From positions 19,027-83,026 of the forward strand of contig SKMN01000022.1 in assembly GCA_007121015.1 (NCBI GenBank): 64,000 nt of DNA, written 5' to 3'. The position numbers and the translations under genes were made by a program. This stretch comes from Coriobacteriia bacterium. GTDB lineage: Bacteria; Actinomycetota; Coriobacteriia; Anaerosomatales; SLCP01. Shown here in pieces: positions 1 to 9,418 of this stretch. Positions within the stretch are counted from its first letter, which is position 1, and the number at the start of each line of letters is the position of its first letter. The notes below the pieces were generated by a model, which was not told the origin of the DNA, did not search any database, and saw only the letters and a program-made list of their open reading frames with translations.

Positions 1-359
1 GCCTGGGATATCTTCGCCATCTTCTCGGGGCCGAGGTTTTTCTCGACCTGGTGCTCGATGGGCTGGCCGTGACAGTCCCAGCCCGGCACGTACGGCGAGT
101 AGTGGCCGCGCATCGTCTTGTAGCGCACGATGAGGTCCTTGAAGACCTTGTTGAACGCCGTGCCCATGTGGATGTGGCCGTTGGCGTAGGGAGGGCCGTC
201 GTGCAGGATGAACGGCTCGCCATCACGGTTCGCCTCGAGCGCGCGGCCGTGCAGGTCGATCTCGTCCCAATACGCCTGCCACTCGGGCTCGCGCGTGGCA
301 AGACTCGCCCGCATCGGGAAGTCGGTGCTCGGCAGGTTCATCGTCTGCTTGTAGTCCAC
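1..359 (-). CDS. ileS: isoleucyl-tRNA synthetase, 5' end only (continues past position 1)
   Basis: Reverse translation from the GTG at 357-359 gives [107 protein letters not shown]. This is a typical IleRS N-terminus with a HIGH-type motif (HIHMG). An SD (GAGAGGA) lies 8 nt upstream. The ORF track does not list it as a complete ORF. Confidence 0.9.
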   Translation of the reverse strand, partial: MDYKQTMNLPSTDFPMRASLATREPEWQAYWDEIDLHGRALEANRDGEPFILHDGPPYANGHIHMGTAFNKVFKDLIVRYKTMRGHYSPYVPGWDCHGQPIEHQVEKNLGPEKMAKISQ

Positions 360-389
360 CTCGGCCGTCCTCTCAGCTCTTAGCGCACG

Positions 390-430
390 AAAAAGCGCGC
401 TCGTCCTCATCTGCCTGGGACGAAGCGCGC
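390..430 (-). terminator. intrinsic terminator of the T-box leader
   Basis: A 12-bp GC-rich stem (395-406 pairs with 418-430, one bulged A) has a 10-11 nt loop. Five U follow on the minus strand (A run at 390-394 on plus). Confidence 0.6.
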
Positions 431-710
431 CACACTCGCTCCGCGGTACCACCCGGCTTGCGCGAGCGCGGATGCGCCGCACGCCACTCGGTCCGCCCTG
501 TAACGGGAGCGCCCGTCGGAGCCTACTTGCCGAGAAGCCCGCTCGCGGCGGTCCCGCTCGCACGTTCGGTCCGAGGCTCGGGGGTGATCTTCGCTCCGGC
601 GGTCCCCGCGGGCTTCCACTCCCCCCGCTCGCTCGGTGAGGACCGCGCTCCGGGCTACTCGTCCCCGTCAACGCCTGTCATGCCGTATGCGCGGCACCGT
701 TCGCCGCGTG
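390..710 (-). promoter_or_regulatory. T-box leader (tRNA-Ile sensing) upstream of ileS
   Basis: The minus strand carries the conserved T-box core GGGUGGUACCGCG (plus 441-456), immediately followed by a terminator helix and U5. A candidate specifier reads GAAG-AUC-A, with the Ile codon AUC at plus 586-588. The element sits directly 5' of an aminoacyl-tRNA synthetase gene. The 5' boundary is approximate. Confidence 0.75.
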
Positions 711-716
711 GGTGCG

Positions 717-745
717 ATGGTAGCGCGGGGCGCAGGGGTGGTCAA
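717..745 (-). promoter_or_regulatory. candidate promoter for the ileS leader
   Basis: On the minus strand, TTGACC (740-745), a 17-nt spacer, then TACCAT (717-722). It lies directly after the stop of the upstream DUF167 gene. Confidence 0.3.
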
Positions 746-749
746 CGGT

Positions 750-1034
750 TCACGCATGCTCCGGGGGCTCTTCCCCGAACACCCGCCGCGCCTCGGCCTC
801 GTCGACGCCCTCGACCGTAAGCTGCTTGTGGCGCGACGTGTGGCCGCGCACGACCGCGACGGCGCTCTTAGGGACCCCGAGCGCTGCGGCCACCACCCTC
901 TCGGCGGCTGCGTTGGCCTTGCCGTCGGCGGGAGCGGCGGTCACACGCACCGCGAGTTCGCTCCCCCGCCACCCTGCGACCTCGTCGCGCGCGGCGCGGG
1001 GTGTCACGTGCACCGCTATGCGCACGCTCGCCAT
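750..1034 (-). CDS. DUF167 / YggU-family protein
   Basis: The track ORF 750..1079 is trimmed to the internal ATG at 1032-1034 (MASVRIAVHVTPRAARDEV...GKANAA...VRGHTSRHKQLTVEG). The YggU-like pattern and the position after divIVA match the conserved yggS-proC-yggT-yggU association. Confidence 0.8.
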   Translation of the reverse strand: MASVRIAVHVTPRAARDEVAGWRGSELAVRVTAAPADGKANAAAERVVAAALGVPKSAVAVVRGHTSRHKQLTVEGVDEAEARRVFGEEPPEHA

Positions 1035-1044
1035 CGGCCTGCGC

Positions 1045-1899
1045 CTAGTCGATCTCCTCGATGTCGAGGTCGTCCTCACGCTCGCCGAGCGATTCGAACG
1101 ATACCATCGGGAACTCCTTGGGGTCGTCGAGGTCGACTTCGACCGGCAGCTCAGGCTCCTCGGTCTCGCCGAGCATCACGCCGCTCACGAAGCCGGACTC
1201 CGGGGGCTCTGCGCCGAAAGCGGCGGCATCCTGCGCCGGCTGCTCGGCGGGCGCGACCGGCTCGGGAGCGACGGCGGTAGGCATCACCTGCGTCTCGCCC
1301 GCAAACGAGTCGGACACGCGCTCTGCGGCAGCGGTCACGTCAGGCATCGGCGGCATCGCCTCGTCGAGCGCGGCGAGTGCGGACTCGGTCGCTACCTCGA
1401 CCTCGGCGACCACACCCTCGTCGGTCTGGCCGGCCAGCACGCTGACGTCCTCGGGCAAGGTGATCTCCTGAACGTTGCGGAGGTGCCCCTCGAGCATCGA
1501 GGTGAACCGCGTGCGGAACTCCTCCTCGGCCTGCTTGATGCGCACGAGCTCTCCGGCGACCTTCTGCTTGTTGGTGAGGGCGCTGTGGATGATCTCCTTG
1601 GCCTTCACCTCGGCGTCGCGGAGCACGGTGGCGGCCTCTTCACGCGCCTTGCTCACGATGTCTTCCGCGGACCGCTGCGCGGCGAGCATCGTGTTGTGCA
1701 GGGTGCGCTCCATGTCCTGGTAGTGCTTGACCTTCTCGTTGGCCGACTCGAGGCGCTCGGACATGTCGATGTTCTCTTTGAAGAGGCGCTCGAACTCGTC
1801 GGCGACCTGGTCGAGGAACGCATCGACCTCTTCCTCGCTGTAACCCCTCAGGGAGTGACGGAACTCTTTGTGGTGGATGTCGAGTGGCGTGAGTTTCAT
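1045..1899 (-). CDS. divIVA: cell division/polar growth protein DivIVA
   Basis: The N-terminus MKLTPLDIHHKEFRHSLRGYSEEEVDAFLDQVADEFERL is the canonical DivIVA domain. It is followed by coiled-coil sequence and an acidic tail. The gene sits at the end of the ylm/sepF cluster. Confidence 0.92.
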   Translation of the reverse strand: MKLTPLDIHHKEFRHSLRGYSEEEVDAFLDQVADEFERLFKENIDMSERLESANEKVKHYQDMERTLHNTMLAAQRSAEDIVSKAREEAATVLRDAEVKAKEIIHSALTNKQKVAGELVRIKQAEEEFRTRFTSMLEGHLRNVQEITLPEDVSVLAGQTDEGVVAEVEVATESALAALDEAMPPMPDVTAAAERVSDSFAGETQVMPTAVAPEPVAPAEQPAQDAAAFGAEPPESGFVSGVMLGETEEPELPVEVDLDDPKEFPMVSFESLGEREDDLDIEEID

Positions 1900-1915
1900 G
1901 ACAGCGTTCCTTCCC

Positions 1916-2191
1916 CTACAAGCCGAGCGTGGTCACGAGCCGGAACAGCACGGGTTGGATGATCCACCGTAGCACGATGAGCGCTACGAGCGGAGAGAAG
2001 TCGATCGCGCCTGCGATCGGCACGATGCGCCGGAATATACCGATGTAGGGCTCTGCCACGCTGCCGATGACCCGGTAGATGTCGGCGAAGATACCGTCGC
2101 TACGGATCGGGAACCACGACATGATGACGTACACGAAGATGAGGAGCGCGTAGAAATCCAGTAGACGCATAAGTAGAAGGCCGACGCTCAC
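1916..2191 (-). CDS. yggT: YggT/YlmG family membrane protein
   Basis: The C-terminal part of track ORF 1916..2836 reads ...LLDFYALLIFVYVIMSWFPIRS...AEPYIGIFRRIVPIAGAIDFSPLVALIVL, a YggT pattern. I chose the GTG at 2189-2191, which forms a GTGA overlap with the proC stop. An alternative ATG lies at 2168-2170. Confidence 0.8.
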   Translation of the reverse strand: MSVGLLLMRLLDFYALLIFVYVIMSWFPIRSDGIFADIYRVIGSVAEPYIGIFRRIVPIAGAIDFSPLVALIVLRWIIQPVLFRLVTTLGL

Positions 2192-3018
2192 GAACCCAAC
2201 TCCTTTGCGCGCGCGACCGCGGCGGTGACGGCGGCCGAGACAGCCGCGCGCACCCCGCCCGATTCGAGCGCCTCGATGCCTGCGATGGTGGTGCCACCAG
2301 GACTCGCGACCCCGTCGATGACCTGCTCGGGGTGCTGACCGGTGATGTCGATGAGAGATGCGGTGCCCGCGACGGTGCGTACCGCGAGGCGCTCGGCGAC
2401 CTCGCGCGGCAGTCCGTGCCGCACGCCGGCGCGCGTGAGCGCGTCGATGAAGAGCGCTACGTATGCAGGGCCTGAACCCGAGACCGCCGTCGCCGCGTCC
2501 TGGTAGCGCTCGTCGAGCACGATCGCGTCGCCGAGCACCGAGAAGACCTCGCGGACGAAGTCGACGTGTTCGACGGTCGCCTCGGTGCCGCCACTCACCA
2601 CGCTCATGCCCTCGCGCACGAGCGCGGGCGTGTTGGGCATGACGCGCACGACCGCCGTGCCGTCCGGCAGCAACGACTCGAGACGAGCGCACGAGATCCC
2701 CGCCGCGATCGACACGACGAGCGCGTGACCCACGTGCGGCGCGATCCCGGTCACGACCTCGTCGATTACCTGGGGCTTGACCGCGAGCAACACGATGTCG
2801 GCGCCGGGGAGTGCCGAGGTGGCCCCGGCGACACACGTCACGCCGTGAGCTGCTGCAAAGACCTCGCGGCGGGTCGCGTCAGGCTCGACGACGGTGATCG
2901 CGCCAGGTGCGAACTGCTCGGCGGCGATGAGGCCGGCGACGATCGCCTCGCCCATCCGCCCTCCGCCCACGACGACGAGCGACCCCTTGGTGTGGAGTTT
3001 CGATGCCACGCGCGTCAC
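2188..3018 (-). CDS. proC: pyrroline-5-carboxylate reductase
   Basis: Full-length P5CR-like translation: NAD-binding [15 protein letters not shown], then MPNTPALV and [15 protein letters not shown]. The GTG start forms a GTGA overlap with the sepF stop. Confidence 0.92.
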   Translation of the reverse strand: MTRVASKLHTKGSLVVVGGGRMGEAIVAGLIAAEQFAPGAITVVEPDATRREVFAAAHGVTCVAGATSALPGADIVLLAVKPQVIDEVVTGIAPHVGHALVVSIAAGISCARLESLLPDGTAVVRVMPNTPALVREGMSVVSGGTEATVEHVDFVREVFSVLGDAIVLDERYQDAATAVSGSGPAYVALFIDALTRAGVRHGLPREVAERLAVRTVAGTASLIDITGQHPEQVIDGVASPGGTTIAGIEALESGGVRAAVSAAVTAAVARAKELGS

Positions 3019-3566
3019 TCCATCGTGAACAGGCCTTTGTCGCGAAGGCGACGCCTGTCCTCGGCGGAGACATCGACGTTGGCGGGGGTCAGCATGAAGA
3101 CCTTGTCGGAGACCTTCTGCAACCCGCCGTCGAGTCCGTAGGTGAGCCCGCTCGCGAAGTCGAGCATGCGCTTGGCGAGCTCGGGCTTGGTACCGGTCAT
3201 GTTCATGATCACGGGCGTGCCGGTCTTGAACTTGTCGGCGATCGCCTGGGCCTCGGTGAACGCCTTGGGCTCGACGATCGCCATCTTGAGCTGAGGCTTG
3301 AGCGAGGAGACACCGCTGCCCGACGGCACGCTGCGCAGCGACGCCGCGTCGCGCGCGCGGTCGATGTCGGGCTCGCGCGCGAGGCGCTTCACCGACGTGG
3401 GATCGGAGCCGTACGGCGAGTCGTGGACGCTGCGACCGTAGAAACCGCCCGAGCGGGAGCGCTCCTCGGGCTCGTCTTCGTACTCGTCGTCTTCGTAGTC
3501 GTCGTACTCATCGTCCCAGTCGTCTTCGAGACCGAGACGCACCTTGATACGATGCCACACGCTCAC
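3015..3566 (-). CDS. sepF: cell division protein SepF
   Basis: N-terminal amphipathic helix, acidic linker, and a conserved C-terminal domain ([29 protein letters not shown]...[27 protein letters not shown]). Confidence 0.9.
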   Translation of the reverse strand: MSVWHRIKVRLGLEDDWDDEYDDYEDDEYEDEPEERSRSGGFYGRSVHDSPYGSDPTSVKRLAREPDIDRARDAASLRSVPSGSGVSSLKPQLKMAIVEPKAFTEAQAIADKFKTGTPVIMNMTGTKPELAKRMLDFASGLTYGLDGGLQKVSDKVFMLTPANVDVSAEDRRRLRDKGLFTME

Positions 3567-3595
3567 GTCGGATCTCCTTGCCTGCCGGTGGCCGC

Positions 3596-4273
3596 CTATC
3601 TGCCGAAGATCGCTCTCCCGATGCGGACCATCGTAGCGCCCTCTTCTACGGCCACACGAAAGTCACCCGACATCCCCATCGAGAGCTCATCTAACTCTAC
3701 CCCATTGAGCGGCATCGCGTGTAGCGAATCCCGCAGTTCGCGCAGTTCCCTGAAGACCCAGCGCACCTGCTCGGGACGGGCAAGCGGGGCCATGGTCATC
3801 AGGCCCCTCACTTCGACGGACTCCATGCCTGAAGCCTCCACGAGCGCCTCGCGTACGTCGACCGGCGCCAAGCCGTGTTTCGCGGACTCACCCGAGATGT
3901 TGACCTGCAACAGCACACCCTGCACGACGCCCGCCTCGGCGGCCTTGCGCTCGATCGTGCGGAGCAGCTTGAGGGAGTCGACCGAGTGGATGAGGTGCGC
4001 TCGGCCCACGACGTCTTTGACCTTGTTCGTCTGCAGCGTCCCGACGAAATGCCACCTCACATCGGGGAACAGCCCGTACTTGCCGAGGAACTCCTGCACG
4101 CGGTTCTCACCGAAGTCGTTGATGCCAGCGGCGACCGCCTCGCGGATCTCCGGCACGCCGACCGTCTTGGTCACGGCAACGACGGCGATGTCCTCAGGGT
4201 CCCTTCCGCAAGCGTCCGCGGCGTCCGCGACCTGTCTGCGGACCGCCTCGTATCGCGCCGCAACGGCACCCAT
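3596..4273 (-). CDS. yggS: PLP-binding homeostasis protein YggS/YlmE
   Basis: VAVTKTV...FGENRVQE...[13 protein letters not shown]...MGMSGDF...[13 protein letters not shown] is typical of YggS-family alanine-racemase-fold proteins. Confidence 0.9.
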   Translation of the reverse strand: MGAVAARYEAVRRQVADAADACGRDPEDIAVVAVTKTVGVPEIREAVAAGINDFGENRVQEFLGKYGLFPDVRWHFVGTLQTNKVKDVVGRAHLIHSVDSLKLLRTIERKAAEAGVVQGVLLQVNISGESAKHGLAPVDVREALVEASGMESVEVRGLMTMAPLARPEQVRWVFRELRELRDSLHAMPLNGVELDELSMGMSGDFRVAVEEGATMVRIGRAIFGR

Positions 4274-4276
4274 CGT

Positions 4277-4945
4277 TCAGCTGGTCTCCTCGTCAGGCGA
4301 GTGAAGCGCTTCGAACTCTCCCGTCACAAGGTAGGCGATGCGCTCACCGATGTCGACCGCGTTATCGGCGATGCGCTCGAGGTAGCGGCTCGCGAGCACC
4401 ATCGACGAGGCCCACTCGATGTCCTCCTCGTCCTGCAAGCGCGCGAGTTCGCGAAAGAACTGCTTGTAGAGGTGGTCGATCGGCTCGTCGAGGTCTTGCA
4501 GTTTGCGGGCGAGCTCGACGTCGCGCGTCTCGAGCGCTTCGCACGTCGCGTCGAGCACCCGGTAGACGAGGTTGCCCTGCGCCTGGATGAGGTCGTAGAG
4601 GGTCTGTGGGCCGCGGCGCCCGGCGGTGCGCTTCGCCGCCCGCGCGATGTTGACAGCGAGGTCGGCCATGCGCTCGTAGTGGAGCGCGATATAGGTGAGC
4701 GAGTGGAGGAGCCGCAGGTCGCGCGCGACCGGGAACTGGGTCGCGATGACCTCGATCGAGTGCTCCTCGACGGCAAGCGTGCGGCGGTCGATCTCCTCGT
4801 CTCCCGCGACGACCTTCTCGGCGAGGTCGACGTCACCCGTCACGAGCGAGGTGACCGCATCGCGGGTCCGGTCGGTGACGCCCTTGCCGATCGAGACGAC
4901 CTCGGCCTTGAGGTCTTTGAGTTCCTGCCTGAATGCTTCACGCAT
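4277..4945 (-). CDS. phoU: phosphate signalling regulator PhoU
   Basis: Duplicated PhoU repeat ([28 protein letters not shown] and [19 protein letters not shown]). It lies adjacent to pstSCAB. Confidence 0.92.
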   Translation of the reverse strand: MREAFRQELKDLKAEVVSIGKGVTDRTRDAVTSLVTGDVDLAEKVVAGDEEIDRRTLAVEEHSIEVIATQFPVARDLRLLHSLTYIALHYERMADLAVNIARAAKRTAGRRGPQTLYDLIQAQGNLVYRVLDATCEALETRDVELARKLQDLDEPIDHLYKQFFRELARLQDEEDIEWASSMVLASRYLERIADNAVDIGERIAYLVTGEFEALHSPDEETS

Positions 4946-5049
4946 CGCTGCGATTCATCTCCTTATAGACGGGTCGTAGGGGCTGACCCAGCCTCCTCTT
5001 GGCGCCATTATACCGTTCCGCGAACGAGAAACCCGCAGTTCACGAAGGT

Positions 5050-5856
5050 TTAACCGAAGCGACCGGTGATGTAGTCCTCGGTGCGGCGGTCCTTTGGCGA
5101 CGTGAAGAGGTTCGAGGTCCGATCGTACTCGACGAGGATCGCAGGGTCTCCGGCGACCTCCTGCAAGAAGAACGCGGTGAAGTCGCTCACGCGGGCCGCC
5201 TGCTGCATGTTGTGCGTGACGATGATGATGGTGATGCGGTCTTTCAGCTCGGCCATGAGGTCCTCGATCTTCTGGACCGAGGTCGGATCGATCGCCGAGC
5301 ACGGCTCGTCCATGAGCATGACCTCGGGTTCGACCGCGAGCACGCGCGCGATGCAGAGGCGCTGCTGCTGACCGCCGGAGAGCGTGAGCCCTCCCCTGCC
5401 GAGGATGTCCTTGACCTCTTTCCAGAGGTTCGCCCGCTCCAGCGAGGTCTGGACGACCTCGTCGAGAGCGGCCTTCTTGCTCACGCCCTGCAGCCGTGGC
5501 CCGAACGCGACGTTGTCGTAGATCGACATCGGGAACGGGTTGGGCTGCTGGAAGATCATGCCGATGCGCCGGCGCAGGTCGACCGGGTCGACGCCGGTCT
5601 CGTAGATGTCCTGGCCATCGAGGGAGACGAGCCCCTCGGCCCGTGCGCTCGGGATGAGGTCGTTCATCCGGTTGAAGCAGCGCAGGAACGTCGACTTGCC
5701 GCACCCTGACGGGCCGATGAACGCGGTGACGGCCTTCTCTTTGATGTCGACGGTGATGTCGGTGAGCGCATGGAAGTCGCCGTAGAAGAAGTCGAGCTCC
5801 TTCACGGTGATCTTGTTGGGCGCGTTGTCGGCGATCGGAGTCGTACGGAGTGCCAT
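5050..5856 (-). CDS. pstB: phosphate ABC transporter ATP-binding protein
   Basis: Walker [10 protein letters not shown], signature LSGGQQQRL, Walker B LMDEP, and a PstB-typical C-terminus (EDYITGRFG). Confidence 0.95.
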   Translation of the reverse strand: MALRTTPIADNAPNKITVKELDFFYGDFHALTDITVDIKEKAVTAFIGPSGCGKSTFLRCFNRMNDLIPSARAEGLVSLDGQDIYETGVDPVDLRRRIGMIFQQPNPFPMSIYDNVAFGPRLQGVSKKAALDEVVQTSLERANLWKEVKDILGRGGLTLSGGQQQRLCIARVLAVEPEVMLMDEPCSAIDPTSVQKIEDLMAELKDRITIIIVTHNMQQAARVSDFTAFFLQEVAGDPAILVEYDRTSNLFTSPKDRRTEDYITGRFG

Positions 5857-5859
5857 CGT

Positions 5860-6684
5860 CTACACCTTCCGGTTCCGGCGCAGGAAGAACCGCGCACCGA
5901 GGTTGAACGCGAGGATGAGGATCATGAGCAGGAGCGCCGTGCCGTACGCCGCGGGCAGGTTGATGCCCTCCATCGCGAGCAGGTAGAGGTGCACCGTCAT
6001 CGGCCGGCCGGAGTCGAGCGGACTTACCGGCAGGTTGATTGCCTGGCCCATCGTGTAGATGACGACGGCCGTCTCGCCTACCGCCCGACCGGTCGAAAGT
6101 ATGATCCCGGTGATGATCCGCGGCATCGCAGCTGGGAGCACGATACGGCTCACGGTCTGCCACTTCGTCGCGCCGAGTCCGTACGAGCCCCAGCGGATGT
6201 ACTTGGGAACCGCGCGGATGGCTTCCTCGGTCGTACGCATGACGATCGGCAGCATGAGGAAGGAGAGTGCAAGAGCCGCCGAGAGCATCGAGAAGCCGAT
6301 GCCTGCCGCCTCCACGAAGAGCGCCAGGCCGAAGAGACCCATGACGATCGAGGGCACGCTCGCAAGTGAGTCGGCCGCGAAGCGGATGATGCCGACGAGC
6401 CTGCCCTGCACGGCGTACTCGGCGAGATAGACAGCGGCCAGGATGGCGATGGGGGTGATGATGACCATCGCGAGCGCCGTCACGTACAACGTCGATACGA
6501 TCGTCGGCCACACGCCGCCCTCAGCGGCCACGCCTTCCGGCCACGTGAAGATGAACCGCGGCGAGAGCTCGCCGATGCCGTTGATGACGACGTATCCGAT
6601 GACCGTACCGAGCACGGCCACCGTGATGACGGCAGCTGTCCACAGCAGTCCGAGCGCGATGGCGTTGGTGACTCGTTTGCTCAT
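5860..6684 (-). CDS. pstA: phosphate ABC transporter permease PstA
   Basis: Track ORF 5860..7116 is trimmed to the ATG at 6682-6684 (MSKRVTNAIALGLLW...), which forms an ATGA overlap with the pstC stop. It is a multi-TM permease with the EAA-type loop (MRTTEEAIRAVPKYIRWGSYGLGATKWQT). Confidence 0.92.
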   Translation of the reverse strand: MSKRVTNAIALGLLWTAAVITVAVLGTVIGYVVINGIGELSPRFIFTWPEGVAAEGGVWPTIVSTLYVTALAMVIITPIAILAAVYLAEYAVQGRLVGIIRFAADSLASVPSIVMGLFGLALFVEAAGIGFSMLSAALALSFLMLPIVMRTTEEAIRAVPKYIRWGSYGLGATKWQTVSRIVLPAAMPRIITGIILSTGRAVGETAVVIYTMGQAINLPVSPLDSGRPMTVHLYLLAMEGINLPAAYGTALLLMILILAFNLGARFFLRRNRKV

Positions 6685-7604
6685 CGGCCCGACTCCATCG
6701 CGGTCTGGAAACGGGACATGAGGCGCACGAGGGCGACGAGCCCCATCGACACCAAGAAGAGGATGATCCCCATGCCGAAGAGTGCGGTGCGATGTTCGCC
6801 GGCCGCGTACGGCATGTCCATGACGATCTGCGTGGTGAGCGTGGCGATGGGCTCCGATACCGACTCGGGGAACACCGGTGCGTTGCCCACGACCATCAGC
6901 ACCGCCATGGTCTCGCCAATCGCACGGCCCATACCCAGGATGATCGCGTCGATGATGCCGATCTTGGCGGCCGGGACGAGCACCTTGTAGATCGTCTGCC
7001 ACTGGGTGGCGCCCATCGCGTAGCTCGCCTCGCGGATGCCGGGCGGGATGGAGCGCAGCGCGTCCTCGGAGATCGCAGCGATCGTAGGGACGATCATGAT
7101 AGCGAGGATGAGCCATGCGGTGACCGCGCCGAACCCGAGGCCGCCGGTCACGTCAGCCACGATGGGTCGCAAGATGATGAGTCCGAAGAAACCGTAGATG
7201 ACCGATGGGATGCCGGCGAGCAACTCGACGGCGGGACGCACGATGGAGCGCACGCGTGGCGTGGCGATCTCGGAGAGGAAGATGGCGGTCCCGACCGCGA
7301 GCGGTGTACCGATGACGAGCGCGCCGAGCATGACCACGACCGAGCCGTAGATGAGCGGCAGGATGCCGTAGAGGCCGGCGGTGGGGTTCCACTCGCGGCC
7401 TGCGAGGAAGGCCCACGGGCCCACTTCGGCGAAGATCGGCCACCCCCGCACCCCGACGAACGCGAAGATGAGCACCACACCCGCGACCGCCACCCCTGCG
7501 CAGAGCAGGAAGAGGTTCTTGAGCGCGAGTTCTTTCAGGTGCGTACGCCGGGAGACGAGCTGCAGCGTGCCCGACCCCGCCTGAGCTCCGGGGGCCTCGG
7601 CCAC
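6681..7604 (-). CDS. pstC: phosphate ABC transporter permease PstC
   Basis: PstC-like permease (ISEDALRSIPPGIREASYAMGATQWQTIYKVLVPAA). The GTG start shares 1 nt with the pstS stop (TAGTG). Confidence 0.92.
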   Translation of the reverse strand: MAEAPGAQAGSGTLQLVSRRTHLKELALKNLFLLCAGVAVAGVVLIFAFVGVRGWPIFAEVGPWAFLAGREWNPTAGLYGILPLIYGSVVVMLGALVIGTPLAVGTAIFLSEIATPRVRSIVRPAVELLAGIPSVIYGFFGLIILRPIVADVTGGLGFGAVTAWLILAIMIVPTIAAISEDALRSIPPGIREASYAMGATQWQTIYKVLVPAAKIGIIDAIILGMGRAIGETMAVLMVVGNAPVFPESVSEPIATLTTQIVMDMPYAAGEHRTALFGMGIILFLVSMGLVALVRLMSRFQTAMESGR

Positions 7605-8488
7605 TAGCGTTCACCCCCGGTGATCGGGGTGAAGCCGGCTTCCTGGATGATGGTGTCTTGCACTGCGGTCGAGAGGACGAAGTCGATGTATTCTTTGGCG
7701 AGGCCCGTTGGTGGTCCGGCGGTGAAGAAGTGTAGGAGCCGCTGGACGGGGTATTCCCCGGTGACGACCGCCTCGGCCGTTGGCATCACGCCGTCGATCG
7801 TGACCGCTTTCACCTCGTCGTTCACGAAGCCCAGCGAGATGTAGCCGATCGCTCCCGGTGCGTTCGACACCACCGATCGCACCTGCCCGGTCCCCGGCAG
7901 GACCGCAGCCGTCCGGTCGAAGGGGATGTCTCCCATCACGATGTTCCGGAAGGCCTCCCGGGTGCCGGAAGCCTCATCGCGGTTGACGAGCCCGATCTCC
8001 CGGTCACGGCCCCCCAGCTCGGACCAGTTCTCGATCTCGCCGGAGAAGATGGCTCTGACCTCGTCGGTCGTCATCTCGCCGATGGGGTTGTCGGGATGGA
8101 CGATCACCGCGATGGCATCGAAGGCGATGGGCGTGTCGTGGAGTCCGAGTTGCTCCTCTGCCGGCTTGAGTTCGCGCGACGACGTGCCGATGTCCGACGA
8201 CCCCGCCGCTACGGTCTCGATACCCGCCGAAGACCCCAGCCCCGACACGAGCACCTTCTTGTCCGGGTAGCGGTCGTGGAACATCTCGCCGGCGATCTCG
8301 GCGATGGGCAACATGGTCGTCGAGCCGGTGACCACGATCTCGTTCTCGGCGGCAGCATTGTCGGCGCAACCGGCACTCATCGTGGTCGCTGCCACTACGA
8401 CAACGGACGCGAGCGCGACGGCACCGGCGAACGTGCGACGGCGCGTACCTCGCTGTGTTGTATTCGGCCGCACGAGGCGGTTAAACAT
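7604..8488 (-). CDS. pstS: phosphate-binding lipoprotein PstS
   Basis: PBP-like domain (VTGSTTMLPIAEI...SGLGSSAGIE...IGTSSREL...). The signal peptide carries an RR motif and ends in MSAG-C. The ATG directly abuts the pgeF stop. Confidence 0.9.
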   Translation of the reverse strand: MFNRLVRPNTTQRGTRRRTFAGAVALASVVVVAATTMSAGCADNAAAENEIVVTGSTTMLPIAEIAGEMFHDRYPDKKVLVSGLGSSAGIETVAAGSSDIGTSSRELKPAEEQLGLHDTPIAFDAIAVIVHPDNPIGEMTTDEVRAIFSGEIENWSELGGRDREIGLVNRDEASGTREAFRNIVMGDIPFDRTAAVLPGTGQVRSVVSNAPGAIGYISLGFVNDEVKAVTIDGVMPTAEAVVTGEYPVQRLLHFFTAGPPTGLAKEYIDFVLSTAVQDTIIQEAGFTPITGGER

Positions 8489-9343
8489 CTACTCGCCCTC
8501 TGTGATCGCAGCGAGCGCACCATGCCTACCGGTCTTCGGTGCCGCACGGTACGAGAAGTATCGGTCCGTATGGTCCCGCGTACACTCTCCGAGCTCCGCC
8601 ACGCGCGAGCGTCTCACGCCAGCGGCGGCCAGACTCTCACGAACGGCGGCGGCCAGATCGAGCCGCCCGTGAACCGCGCCGATGGTATCAAACTTGTTTC
8701 CGAAATGCGACACCAATGCTTCATCGACCTCGTAGCAACACTCTCCGATATGTGGGCCCACGTATGCAAGCAGTCCGGATGGGTCGCAACCGGCGTCCTC
8801 GGAGAGCGCGACCGCAGCCGATCCTGGCAGTGAGGCGAGTGCCCCGCGCCATCCCGCATGCACGACGGCGACGGCCGTGACGGGGCTGAGCGCCACGAGT
8901 ACGACCGGGACACAATCCGCATAGCACATGAGGAGCGGGATACCTGACCGGGAGGTGACGAGCGCGTCGGTACCCGGCACGGGCGGCGCGCCGGCGGATG
9001 CGCGAGCGCCAGAGCCTGCGTCGCCGATCCCTACCACCGCGATACGGTCACCGTGCACCTGTTCTGCGGTCACGAGGCGGTCACGGAGTGGCGCGATGCC
9101 GAGGGAGGCGAGCAGCCGTCCACGATTGGCGTCGACCGCCGCCGGCTCATCTCCGACGTGGCTGGCGAGGTTGAGGCTCGCATACGGGGCTGCGCTCACC
9201 CCGCCCGTGCGCTCTGAGAAAGCAACGACGATGCCGTGATCGGCGTGCAAGGCCTCGTCCGTGTGGACGACGACGTCGTCCACCTCGCGCCGGCAAAGAC
9301 GAGGGCGGTTCGCGTCCGGATGTGTGTCGCGCTCACTTTTCAT
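8489..9343 (-). CDS. pgeF: peptidoglycan editing factor / laccase-domain protein (YfiH/YlmD family)
   Basis: Track ORF 8489..9565 is trimmed to the ATG at 9341-9343. Conserved blocks are FSERTGGVS..PYASLNL, QVHGDRI, GTDALVT, ADCVPVVL, HAGWRG and CYEV. Confidence 0.88.
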   Translation of the reverse strand: MKSERDTHPDANRPRLCRREVDDVVVHTDEALHADHGIVVAFSERTGGVSAAPYASLNLASHVGDEPAAVDANRGRLLASLGIAPLRDRLVTAEQVHGDRIAVVGIGDAGSGARASAGAPPVPGTDALVTSRSGIPLLMCYADCVPVVLVALSPVTAVAVVHAGWRGALASLPGSAAVALSEDAGCDPSGLLAYVGPHIGECCYEVDEALVSHFGNKFDTIGAVHGRLDLAAAVRESLAAAGVRRSRVAELGECTRDHTDRYFSYRAAPKTGRHGALAAITEGE

Positions 9344-9418
9344 CGAGTGCAATGGTACCGTGTATGGTGACCGACATCCCGCACCGCATAGCCGGCGCAT
9401 CATCGAGGGAGGGGATCG

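Noticed and set aside
4955-6511. 518-aa minus-strand ORF overlapping pstB and pstA in another frame
   Set aside because: The translation is a low-complexity Arg/Pro/His/Gly string. The pstB and pstA frames carry complete ABC motifs.
9344-9418. Pho box or PhoP-binding repeats upstream of pgeF-pstS
   Set aside because: Only loosely similar GGTCACC and GGTACC strings 13 nt apart were found. There is no 11-nt phased direct repeat, so this is not enough to call.
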